From: Girardia tigrina
Taxonomy: Eukaryota
Direction of reading: 5' to 3'
NCBI GenBank assembly: GCA_001938485.1
Contig: MQRK01251261.1
Location: 1-50,615 of the forward strand
DNA length: 50,615 nucleotides
Numbering within the stretch: the first letter of the stretch is position 1; each line of letters starts with the position of its first letter. The position numbers were made by a program, and so were the translations under genes. The notes under the pieces are model-generated. The model was given only the letters and a program-made list of their open reading frames with translations, did no database searches and was not told where the DNA came from. Below are positions 1 to 11,527 of this stretch, piece after piece.

Positions 1-111
1 GGGGGGGGTTGTGTGTCGAATGCCCATTTTCCCCCTACTAAAAAACACTATTACAATTAAAACTTTTTAATGTTTTTATATTATATCAAGACATCAAAAA
101 ATAACAATGTT

Positions 112-1138
112 TAATTCAATATTATTTCGCAACGTGCCAATCTTTTTATATAACTGAACATATGTCGATAAAAATTGTTACAGTCTTCACGTGCTATATT
201 CCTGGCTGCACTTTCAATCAAGGCAAGAACCTCATCCTCACTTCGTGGACTTCCTGGTCTGACTAACTTATTCCATTTTGCAAACCGATTTTCGATAGGA
301 TTTAGGAGCGGTGAAAAGGGGGCAGGTAGAGTAATTTATGACCTTTATTTTTTATCAGTTATTTAATTCCCGTGACTTATGGAACTGAACATTATCCATT
401 ATCAGTACCACAGAAAAAATCCCCCTTGTCTCAAACATTTCTAATAACGATTTTAAAGCATTATAAAATTTTTATAAATTTTATGGCGATGTGGAAATTT
501 AAAATCAAAATGCCATTTTCTACTCATTGTTAAACAAACAGATAAAGTCCTGGCTCTCAGAGATGGAACTGCGAAAACCGATCATGCTCCCACGGGAGAT
601 CTTCCATATTTTGATCTCGTAGAAACAATAAAGCCAGCTTCATCCAAAAAAATATTTTGAATCATCAGTTGCCGCCAATGTCATAACATCATTTCTACGC
701 TCCAGAATCATATGAATTTATTTGAAACTGTTTGCGAAATTTTAAAGATATCGATCAACTGTTGATTTTACAACAACATTAAACACTGAAAGACATTTTT
801 CTTTTAACATTTTTAACGTTAAAGTACAATCCTCGTCAACCCATTGAAGCAAAATTTTTTGTTCGTCGGAAAGTGCTTTTCTCCGTACTTCGCCTCTACC
901 TTTTCACTCGATATTCTCGCTATTTTTATATTTGTTTATAACTGCATAAATAACTGGCGTTCTAAACCCTAAAATTCCTGCAATTTGCGAGGGTGAGTTC
1001 CGATTAGCATACACATCGACGATTCTCTTTCTAGCTTCATTTGATATAAATTGGTTTTTAGTCATAGGGAATTTAAATTAACAATTATTTTATTTCAAAA
1101 TTGACTGGGAAATTTTCAAAATAACGTTGGAAACACTG
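112..1138 (-). mobile_element. IS630/Tc1-like (DDE_3) transposon, frameshifted transposase
   Basis: Minus-strand pieces MTKNQFISNEARKRIVDVY (HTH, ATG at about 1065), IFLDEAGF, VLIMDNVQFHKSR, SPLLNPIENRFAKW; possible TA|CAGTG end at 1138. Confidence 0.8.
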
Positions 1139-3389
1139 TAAGATGAATAAAAATATAACCCTAACCATAAACATATGATATTGATGTAGGCCAGTACGGA
1201 AGCAAGGCCAAGAACAGTATTTAAACCATTTTATTTTCTCTCGTGTAATATTAACGAGCGTCGAACATTATAATGAAGTAAAATCTTATAGAAAACTGAC
1301 TTTAGAATCAGGAATTATGTCTGCATTTAGATGAATCTTAATTCGAGAATCGTCGATATCAATATTCTGACAGTAACAAGAACCTTTAATTGCAATTAGA
1401 GACACTAAAATTGTAATTTAAAATGTTTAAATCAATTTAAGTAATTAATTTTTTTACAAAATATTACCGAAAAAAACGTATAATTGCATATTTGGAGTTA
1501 ATTGAAAATGATACAAACAAACAATCTGAAGGTCATTCGAATGTAAAGAAGAATTATAATTCGCAAATGGTGATCCAAAAGAAATAGTGAACGGCACCAA
1601 TTTTTATATTTGTATATTTTTTATATTTACTTATGAAATTTTGAAATTTTGGAAAAATTTTATTTAAGCAACATTAAAAAATAATTTTATCTTTAGTAAT
1701 TAAAATGAAATATTATTCTTAGTTTTTAAAAATTTTTAGCGAAAGTGGGAAAATTATGATTTAAAATAAAGATTGAAAGTATTTAACACCTGAAAGACAT
1801 GAAACCACTGAAACATGTCATCATATAATACAACAATTAGGTTTTTGTATCATAATGAAACAGACCAATTAAGAACTTTTATATAAATTATACTGGATTT
1901 CAAGATGTCGCTGAATCAAACATCAGCAGGTTAGACCTCGACAAACGAAGAGCAAATTATTCATAGACCCCAAATGATGCAATATACTTGTTAAGTAAAG
2001 TCATAAACCCGCAGACATGCAATCAAACCTACAAGCATTCCTGAACGACCATAGATTCCATTGAGAACCCTCAATTGAAAAGGTAGTCGTGCAACATGAA
2101 TTTACATACACCATAGCCTGTTATTTCAAATACCAAAATGGTCAAACAGTTACATCTGCAAACAGTTACTAATCTAAGTCAGCATATGCAGATGCTCGAA
2201 CAGGCCAATCGGCAATATTTCTAATTATGCTGCAGTCAATGGCTGATAACATTCCTACAAGTCAACATACATGCATGATTAAAACTCTACAGAGACCATT
2301 TATAAATACAGATGACAATTCAGTGGCAAACTCACAGCCAAAATAAAATTTTCTAATTCTATATATTCCATGCTACGATATTGTATCATCACTAATATCC
2401 ACCATTATCCACAGAGAAGGATTGCGTGTGTTCCGGGTTTCCGCGGTTCGATTTTCCGAGGAGCGGGGTACAAGGGAGCGGCAATGATGCGTTATTTTAT
2501 TTAATTTTATCTATTTAAAGTATGTGTAATTTTAGCTTTTAGTCATTTTATTTTATTATATTTTATTCTCATTATATAGTTATTTCATTGCCTATTAATT
2601 GTAATTTTCTTAATCGTTACATACATCTTGTATCACTATGAGGAGTTAATTTAAATTTGCATTTAGCCAAAATAGTTTATTATTTTTTTTAATTTGAAAG
2701 TTTTTAAAAAAGAAAATAAATACAAAAGTTTTACAATTAAAAATGATATAATAAAGAAAACCATCAAAAATTAAATACTTATTTAAAAATACAAAAAATG
2801 TGTTCAGTTATAACACTTCATATATTTTAATAAAAGTTTCGAAATAAATTATAATAAATTTTAAAATAAGTTTTTAAATAAATTTTAAGAAATAATTTTG
2901 TTAAATAAAAGGCTTATGATAAATTTAAATTAATTAGTTTAGGATAAAATTAAATATTTTTAGTTGTAATTTAAAAAGTATTTTATTAATTTAAAGTTTT
3001 AAAATTTATTAAATTTTTAAAAAATTGAATTCGAAGAAAAATTTAGTCGATTAATTTTGGCTAAATAAGTGAATTAAAAAGAAATTTGTTTAATTATATG
3101 AATTATGGTTATTAATACAATTTTGATGTTAAATTATGAATATGATTCTAGCGATAATAAAAATGGCATAAACGCTACTTATAATCACAACTCTATATTT
3201 TTAATTTACTCATAAATTTACGAATTTTGTCTAATTTATTCTTATCGTTTATTTTTACAATCTACGATTTCGATTTATAAGTAATTTCTTTATAACAAGT
3301 TGCTAGTTATTTTACGATCTTATGGTTGTTGGTCAAATGTGTTAATATCGTAATTGTTTCTTTTATCTTTGCTTTATAATTACTTCACT

Positions 3390-4305
3390 TGTCGGTCACG
3401 GGGTTGTGCTCTACACCTACTATGCCCTTTTATGAATATATAATATGTTACGCTGGAGATCCTGAGCAATCCGATAACGCCGCCACCCCACACGCCAGGA
3501 GCCTTTGAAAGGAGAATGAGTTGGTCATAGTCTAGGTCGACTATAACCAGTGTGTGTAGATAGGCTCCAGAGTAGGTGGAGCGATTGACGAAATTGGGAG
3601 GCCTGTTACACTACGCGTCTGTGGCCGGAGAGGTTGAGACTGACTGTGAGCTGAAAAAATCAAATTAATTAAAACCAAAAACCCCGAGAAGACTATAAAA
3701 GCTCATCTGAAGGCAATAGAAGCCGGGAAAAGAGGTCCAGACGAAGATTGCTGGTAGTGGAATACCCATAATCCTGAGAGAAGGTGGCAAGTGTTAACGT
3801 AGACCCTTGAGAAACCCCTGAAAAGTAAAATAAAGTTGAAATTAATTAAGAGAATTAATTAAAAACAAACCATAATCCGATTGCCAGACAGCTGTGTAGG
3901 TGGATTCCGGGTCGTCCTGGGTAGGAGATAATTAAATAAGGACATTTTTATGATATGCTTACCAGAACTGCACAGTCCACTTGAATGCCGGTACAGTCGC
4001 GGAGATTGAGAGGCCAGTCCTCAAGAATCAGGTGGGGGCCGCATGAAGCGATACAGTGGCATAATTACCTAAATTATAAAATAATCAGATAAACAACTGA
4101 TAAACGTCTGACATCCCAGAATAAATCTTACCGACCCAGGTAAACCTGCTGTCAGAGCAACATGATAAGCCGGTGAGAGGATTACCCGAACTGCAATCAT
4201 AAATCAGTGAAAAACCCCGTATCCTGTCCTCGATAAGCCAATATAATATAAATACCCGGCACACCGAACACCACACACGCACACCACACTTCACATACAT
4301 TTATA
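3390..4305 (-). ncRNA. Putative multi-exon spliced transcript (lncRNA or decayed small gene)
   Basis: GC-rich blocks separated by AT-rich GT-AG segments at 4191-4255, 4069-4131, 3917-3962, 3818-3870 and 3651-3682; TATAAAT at 4299-4305; no long ATG-initiated ORF after splicing. Confidence 0.5.
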
Positions 4306-5156
4306 ATTCAGTTTATTATACAAGATTTTAAGAGAAGTTTCCATTTTTGGAACGGAGCGATTTTTTATTGGGAACGCTAAGTCGGATTTTGGAACGAGCC
4401 TACTATTTACATTTTGACGATTGAGCCCGAGATCATTTGCAATTGCGAATTTATTTGGAGGTATGTTTCCGTTAGATTTTATTATGTTTAGGAATTTTAT
4501 TATCGTTAATTAAATGTTATATTTTATTATATTATGAATTTTATTATTGATAATTAAATGCATTATTTAATTTTGTATTTCAATGTGTCGTTTTGGTTAT
4601 TAATATATGTTTTCGATTGCAATGGCTCCTCGATTTTAATGAATAAGCTCGGTTGCATAACCACCCATGGTGATGCGGTGAAAGGCATGGGCTTTCGAGA
4701 TGTATCGGTCCGATATTTATTGACGGAGGTTATGATAGTCGGACCTGTTGTGTCACGGTTAGGCGGACAAAAGAGGCCGCGTAAGAGTAAGGAGATTATA
4801 ATAAGGAGAGCAGACATGAGAATGGATTCCCAGAACCATCATGAGGTGGGAGTCGGAGTGTCCATTATAGATTAAGTTGTACAGGTTGTGTAAATGGTGT
4901 AAATATACCTTGCTAGCCCATTTCTTTCGCCCGTGAATTTCGATGAAGTATTTATTTCGTTTATTTATTTTTTTTTGTTTTTGTGTTTTGTTTTTTTTGT
5001 TATTATATAATTACATAATAATCAATATAAATAAAATTCAGCTGCGTGAATAAAGTTGCGTAATCATATAATATTAAGGAAAGTCAAATAATAATAAGTA
5101 TTAAAGGGTAATGATAATATTCATAAATCTAAAGACGAATATAATTATAATCAAGG

Positions 5157-5198
<42 letters not shown>

Positions 5199-5439
5199 AA
5201 ATTGCTTAAACACAAAATATTTCTAATTACATTTGTTTATTTATTCTCCTAAAGAATTAACGGAATTTGAAATTCGGAAGCTAAGAATTGTTCAAATTGT
5301 ATTATAATTCTTCTAATTTCAACTTGATGTTTATGTTTTATTAGCTGCTTTTATTAACGTTTTACCGTTTTCATACAATATGCATTCCAATGGTTATCCA
5401 ACAATCATTATTGGGGAAGAATAATTTTCGGAAATATAC

Positions 5440-5990
5440 ATATCGATATGTATATCGATAGATTGAGTATATGACAGTAAATAGGATTGTGATAACAGTT
5501 CGAACGAACGTAATTGTCCGAAATTTACTTGTGATTTAACGAAGTTTGCTTATCCAAATTCAAACCAATGTTTTGAGGGATATTAACATTGCGATGATAG
5601 TTTGGATGATAGCGATGAAGTTTATCGTAGTAAACTATGTGACAGAAGGACACAGTACGATTGTAAAATTGGTGGAAATACATCGCGTATTCCAGTCGAA
5701 AGTGTTTGCAATAAAGGTGTGAGATGCTTGAATAAACCGAATTGTTCAATCGATATATGTGATGCTCGAGAGGAAAAAGAAAAGTGCAGTCATAAATGCA
5801 TTAATACTTTTGCTTGTGCTTGTCCATCGGGAATGATGTTGAACGAGGATCAAAGAACGTGTAAATAGAGTATATAAAATTTGATAATAACTGAGGAATA
5901 GCAATGTAGGTTAGTAATTACATTTGATAGAGTTATTTGGTAGTTTTCTGAAAATCGATAGTATAATGCACGACAAATAAGTGATGATGA
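5440..5990 (+). pseudogene. LDL-receptor-related (LRP-like) gene fragment: LDLa repeats plus EGF
   Basis: DCDNSSNERNCPKFTCDLTKF...*HCDDSLDDSDE...CSHKCINTFACACPSGMMLNEDQRTCK*; stops, lost cysteines and deletions. Confidence 0.7.
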
Positions 5991-7249
5991 TAATTATCGA
6001 TATGTAAATACTAGCGTGAAATAGACCGATGAGTCTTAACCTAGTGTACTAATTTAAAATGTTCTATAATGATTCAGAAGCATTAAATTCAGAAGTATAA
6101 AGTACTAAATGAACTGTAAATAAAATCGATGTCAACAGTTAATGAAGAGTGATTTCTCTAAACATCCGAACAGTAATAGTATATTCTAATGGAGATTTTT
6201 CGGTATCGAGACGTTTAATAACGAGTCGAGTATTTGAACCCTAGTTATCTTTCTTGAATATGCATCAATTTAAATAGGGAGAAATCGAACTTCAATAACA
6301 TATATTCTGTCTGTAAGAAGTAAGAACGAACAAGGTTATTGTAAAACCTTTATTCGTCGTTAATTTCAAATAAAGGCTTTACAAGCGAAACAAAATAAAA
6401 TAATGTAGATAACAAATGAAACTATATTAATTAATTAACAAACAAATTCAAAAGAAATAAACACAGACCATAAAAAATAACTTCCAGTGAAAAAGATTGA
6501 GTTGGGAATTGACATTGGATGCTAATAGGGAAACAATTGTTTTCTGAAGCAGCTTATCTCTGTATTATCTCTGAAAATCCACTAATCCATTGCGTATTGA
6601 TTTTTTTATTTTAGTATATTTTTTTATATTATATTATTTATATTATAATAAATAAAATTTCAAATCATGCTTGACGAATAGATTAATAAAATAGAAGCAT
6701 CTTCGTCTATCTCATTTTGAAAGCAGAATTTCAGCAAACAATTTATAAATATTTACAATCTTCTTTTTCATCAAGATAACTCTTTGAAACACTATTACTC
6801 TTTCAGCAGCATTCAAGCAGCATATTCCTATTCGAAATCAGCAAAGAGAAACGTAAGATTTTTCCCTGCTTTCGACATTGAACTCTTTATTCGATACTTT
6901 CGTCAGAGACAATTTTCTTTCCTTTTTAATAATTCTTGAACAGGAAGAATATCAATAAAAAGTACATTTTCAGAAATAGAATCCCGTTAGTTTTTGCAAA
7001 ATAAATAAATAAATAAACAAACATTCGAAAGCACAATCAACCATGAAAATACATACATCAAACACGAAATAAACATCAGAACACTCGAAAGTAAACACCA
7101 AGGTCAAAAAGCACACAAATAAAGTAATCACACAGTGTCAGTAGTAGGGCACTACAGTTATGAACTTAATATTAAATGAAAAGAAACGAAAAATATAAGC
7201 CGTGTCAAATATTAACAAATCGTGCGAGGTTTAAGGTTATGTAAAGTAA

Positions 7250-7600
7250 ATAATTTCGACTTCATGAATTGTTTCCCCTGCAAATCTTCATTATCTGAGA
7301 TGAAAGACTGTTTACTCTTTATGGCCCATAATCAAGACATGAGTCTCAAGAGTGGAAGTTGCCAGGGGAAGGGTGTTCGAAGAAGATGCGATCATCAACC
7401 TCTCACAAAAAAGCTCTTATGCTCACCACTTTTTGGGATGCAAATGGAATGATCCTTGCTGATTTTGCGGAAGCTGGTGTTCGTATCAACAGTGAATACT
7501 ACTCCCGGCTCGTGCTACAGGCCAGAAAGCTGAGAAGGAAGAGCAGAGTTTGTGAGTTATATTATTTGCACCACAATACACCCATCCACATCTGGTCAAA
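7250..7600 (+). mobile_element. mariner transposase fragment
   Basis: KKALMLTTFWDANGMILADF...INSEYY...LYYLHHNTPIH; same family as 32570-33554. Confidence 0.85.
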
Positions 7601-7830
7601 GTAATTTTCAGCCGGCTTCGAATAAAAGATTTCTTGACACGCTTTCTCCACTTCATCAAACCATTCGAATCGGCGGCCATTAGAAAGTGTTGCATTGAGT
7701 GGAAAAGGCCATAATCTGACGGAACACCGTCAGGACAGTAGGCTGGTTGTGGCAGAACCACAACTTTTGTTCTTGTGTGCCTGAACGCATGTGTCGCCGT
7801 GTGAAAGAAGTTTAGCATGCTAAGTGAGGT
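7601..7830 (-). mobile_element. mariner transposase C-terminal fragment (different family)
   Basis: VLPQPAYCPDGVPSDYGLFHSMQHFL, a decayed HPPYSPDLAPSDY.LF motif. Confidence 0.8.
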
Positions 7831-8990
7831 ACAAATTCCTATTGAAATAAATTATTCTCTATATTTCATGTCTTTTTTCTCATTATTCAATTAAAACGGC
7901 CCACATTGTACGAATCTTGTAAATAAAGTTAAGATTAAAGTTTCGATATAATTAGATCTAACCATATCCTGTGAACATCGAGCTAACTTACCGGTTCCCA
8001 TATCTGTTAAATGCTCCTCGAACCCGTTGGCTCTCCTAATTCTGCACTGGTTGCAGATGATGGAGACGCACTTCACAATAGCATTAAGAGAATGTGAAGT
8101 TGTCGAGGTTAGTAATCCTATTGAACATTGTCATCTTTGATGACTGGAAGCTCAGAACGAACAGTGTTAAGCATATCGACCCTGAAGTGCTAATTTAGTA
8201 ACAATTTTCTTTCAATTTTTAAAACAAACTGACCATACCTCATCAAATATAAATTAATGTATGTATGCATTTATGTGTGTCCTGCATAGACTCAGAAACT
8301 ATCACTCCTATTGCAACCAAACTTCGAACAACTATTGTAATTAACAACTATTTATATGATTTTATAAAATTCTACAACTGAATTTTATCAGTATTGATTT
8401 TATTTGCAAATGATCATTTATTATTGAATTTATTTTCAAACAAGTAGAATATTCAATCAAAGTTTTCTCCCTTATGATCCTCCAATTTAAGGTAAGGTTC
8501 TCACATAAAGATAGGGTTAAATTTTTACACTAGCTTCGTTTAGGATGTACGATGTTACTTCGAATTCCTGATATAATATCTGCCTACATTGAAAATATTA
8601 CTAAGCCGAGAAGCATCCTTCTAGGTTTTTGTAGATCTCAATAATGTAACCAACTTAATAATTCACTACATGAACATAAAAAAACTAATTTTATGGCCTC
8701 TGAAATTAATCAACTAAGTATATCAATCAAAACTAAATGAACTCGTACATTTAATACTTACCTTCTTGATTAAAATATTTCTAACAGGCTCAACTACACA
8801 TATATCACAAACACTTGTCCTTGAAAGTGATGTGTTATGCAATTAATGATTTCCCAAAACATACTGATAACTTTTAACAATAATAGTTTCTGAACTCGAC
8901 CGATCTTTTGCAACTGATTCAACATCTATTGAGCAATGCTTAGTGTTCATTAAGTCATCTCCATTACTCGTACTAATGGTGTTTCAACAA

Positions 8991-9489
8991 GGGGCCATCC
9001 ATTTATTATATACACAAAAAAGTTAATATTTTAACCCCCCTCCTCCCCCCATTGCACCCTGTACATTTTGAACTACCATAAGCACATACAAATTGAGTCT
9101 CGAACCACCATTTTTATACAATGTTCTAAATTTCTTCCAACAAACCCTGTATCATAACAAATGCTGGCTGTGTGTATTATATGCAAAATCCCCTATATTA
9201 TTAGAGTAAAGCGAAAAGGAACAGAACAACAACAATATGCGTCAGGGAATCTTACAATTCCAACTCTATATTTTTACACCAACATTTAATTCTTTATTAG
9301 ATTTTATATTCCACCTTTGTTGATAGAATGATGGTGTGTTCACAGAGCAGAAAAATAAAAAGATGTTTTTAAGAAAACCATTGCATGTTTACATATTTAA
9401 TAATTACCCACCCCCATACGCAAAATCTTTTAAATTTAAACACCAATCCCCTCCCCCTTCAGTGCGTACATAATATATGGATGGTCCCC
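8991..9489. mobile_element. PIF/Harbinger-type MITE
   Basis: Imperfect TIRs GGGGCCATCCATTTATTATATACAC / GTGCGTACATAATATATGGATGGTCCCC with subterminal C-tracts; TSD unclear. Confidence 0.7.
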
Positions 9490-9869
9490 AACTCTTTTCG
9501 AATCATCATTAAGCAGTCTTAAACATTAATTAACGCAACAGAGGTACATAATGACATATTAAAGAAAAGCTGATTTTTATTCTTATAGTATTAAAACGGG
9601 GTTTATTAGTCAAGCTGTGAGCCAGAATGATGCAAGTTTTCGAAATGGATCCCAATAAAATGAGACAATTACAACTTTTAAAAACATTGAATATATTTGA
9701 CAAGGGAGCAGGCCTTTTTGGTAGTAAAAAAATGAGTAAAAATATGTAGTAAAAATGAGTATGTAAAGTTTTATAAAATTTATTCATTGACAATGAGAAT
9801 AAGTTGGTAAGTTATATTTTCCCGCCCGGATATCATGTCTTTACAAAGTGAAAAAATGAAAACTACTCG

Positions 9870-10901
9870 TCATCCAATTTCGATTTCTTTGCTCACATTA
9901 ATTTGAGACATTCGTTTTAAAGCTGTTGCCATTAAACCCAAACATCTCCATCTTAACCGAGATATAGAATCATACAATTCTTCGTTTTCCACAGCTACAT
10001 AATGTGAATTGTCAGTCCGAATGATTTGCTCTTTGAACCAAACATGCTTTAACGCCTTATCAAGATTGATTCTGTCTGCCGGTCTGATTTTTAAAAGGTA
10101 AGAAACTAAATCTTTCGCCGCCTGAGAAATCGTGTCCCAAGTTGGACTGGAAAATTTATATTCTCCTCGAATTATTTTCGATCTGATTTCTGTATCGTCA
10201 CGAGTTGTCGAATAAAACGGAGCAAAACCACACAAAAGAATATAAGCCATCACACCTATACTCCATATATCGACTTCCGGTCCATACCCTTTTCTATCTC
10301 GACGATTTAATAACAATTCCGGAGCCGAATAGTCCAACGTTCCGCAATTCGTCATCATAAACTCACTTGCTTCTCGTGATAAACCGAAATCAGTTAATAG
10401 AATAATTGAATCTTTTTCTTTAGTTTTAAACAAAATATTTTCCGGCTTCAAGTCCCGATGAACGAATCCACACTGGTGCATATGTTGCACAGCTGACAGA
10501 ATCTGTTCTAAAATCCGCGCTGCATCTTTTTCGGCAAAACGTTTTGTACTTATAATCCTATCGAACAGATCTCCACCTTCAGCTAAATCCATTATCAAAT
10601 AAACCTCGTTTTTATCTTCAATGACTTCGATTAACTTAACGATATTCGTGTGATTTAAACTTTGCATTACTCGCGCTTCTCTCATCATCATTCGTTTGAT
10701 TTTTTTATCCCGTTCTTGTGGCGAAGAAGCTTTAGCGAAAAACGGTTTGGCTTTATCGACTCGTTTAATGGCGACATAAATATCGTTTTTGGGGTCCCTT
10801 CCTTTCAACACTTCACAAAATCCACCTTTACCCAATTCTTCAATTATCTTATAACGGGAATTTTCAGGAAAGGTTTTCTTCTTACTTTCCGATTTCGACA
10901 T
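9870..10901 (-). CDS. Intronless Ser/Thr protein kinase, CAMK group (CaMKI-like)
   Basis: Intact 343-aa ORF: [49 protein letters not shown]; C-terminal basic amphipathic [17 protein letters not shown] resembles the CaMKI calmodulin-binding helix. Confidence 0.92.
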   Translation of the reverse strand: MSKSESKKKTFPENSRYKIIEELGKGGFCEVLKGRDPKNDIYVAIKRVDKAKPFFAKASSPQERDKKIKRMMMREARVMQSLNHTNIVKLIEVIEDKNEVYLIMDLAEGGDLFDRIISTKRFAEKDAARILEQILSAVQHMHQCGFVHRDLKPENILFKTKEKDSIILLTDFGLSREASEFMMTNCGTLDYSAPELLLNRRDRKGYGPEVDIWSIGVMAYILLCGFAPFYSTTRDDTEIRSKIIRGEYKFSSPTWDTISQAAKDLVSYLLKIRPADRINLDKALKHVWFKEQIIRTDNSHYVAVENEELYDSISRLRWRCLGLMATALKRMSQINVSKEIEIG

Positions 10902-11252
10902 TTATTTTCTTTTCTATTGAAATAATTCGTTTTTGGATATTAAATCATACAACTCGACATTGGGGCTTTCAAATGGTTATTAAACCCAATTAATATTTCA
11001 ATATTTAATTAATCGAATCAATTAAAATAATTTAATCAATAAATATTTTAATAAAAAAAACTATTGTTTTTCATATTTTTATTAAAAAATAATTTGAAAC
11101 ATGAGAATTAATGAAACAAATTAATGATGCAATATTACAAATAGAAAAATATTAAATAATAATAATAATAATAACTGTTATTTACAAAATCACAATTTTG
11201 AATGGTTACATATTATTTTCTTATTTCCAGTTCTCTTTTTTTATAAACTTTA

Positions 11253-11527
11253 CTACTTCAACCAAGCGAAGCGGGAATCACCCTGTGGAATTTGCGGACC
11301 ATAACAACCTTGTCCTAGAAGTGGTTGTGGTCGAAGATTTGGATATTGAGAACGCACAGCATTCAAAGGTTGTCCTTGGACATTGTTGTTATTAATCTTA
11401 GTGTTATTTGAATATTTTTCTCTAATTTCTTTAGTTTTTTTCCGATGGTAGCAATAAACAATTATTATCAATATAACTCCTAAACAGATAATTGGAACAA
11501 GAAGATATTTTAACATGTTTGAACGAT
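11253..11527 (-). CDS. Ser: Jagged/Serrate last exon (TM helix and intracellular domain)
   Basis: [33 protein letters not shown]...FAWLK*; tttcag acceptor in phase 1; AATAAA at 11078-11083 (minus). Confidence 0.85.

Noticed and set aside
4365-4376. TGGGAA as a Su(H)/CSL site near a Notch-ligand gene
   Set aside because: Lacks the full YGTGRGAA consensus and is expected by chance.
7891-8170. CNQCRIRRA, possibly a Bel/Pao integrase zinc-finger remnant
   Set aside because: Too short and degenerate to support without a search.
8255-8780. Helitron/HINE-like microsatellite leader and CR1/L2-like 3' remnant (similar at 22130-22420)
   Set aside because: Only a faint resemblance; no termini or diagnostic motif could be confirmed.
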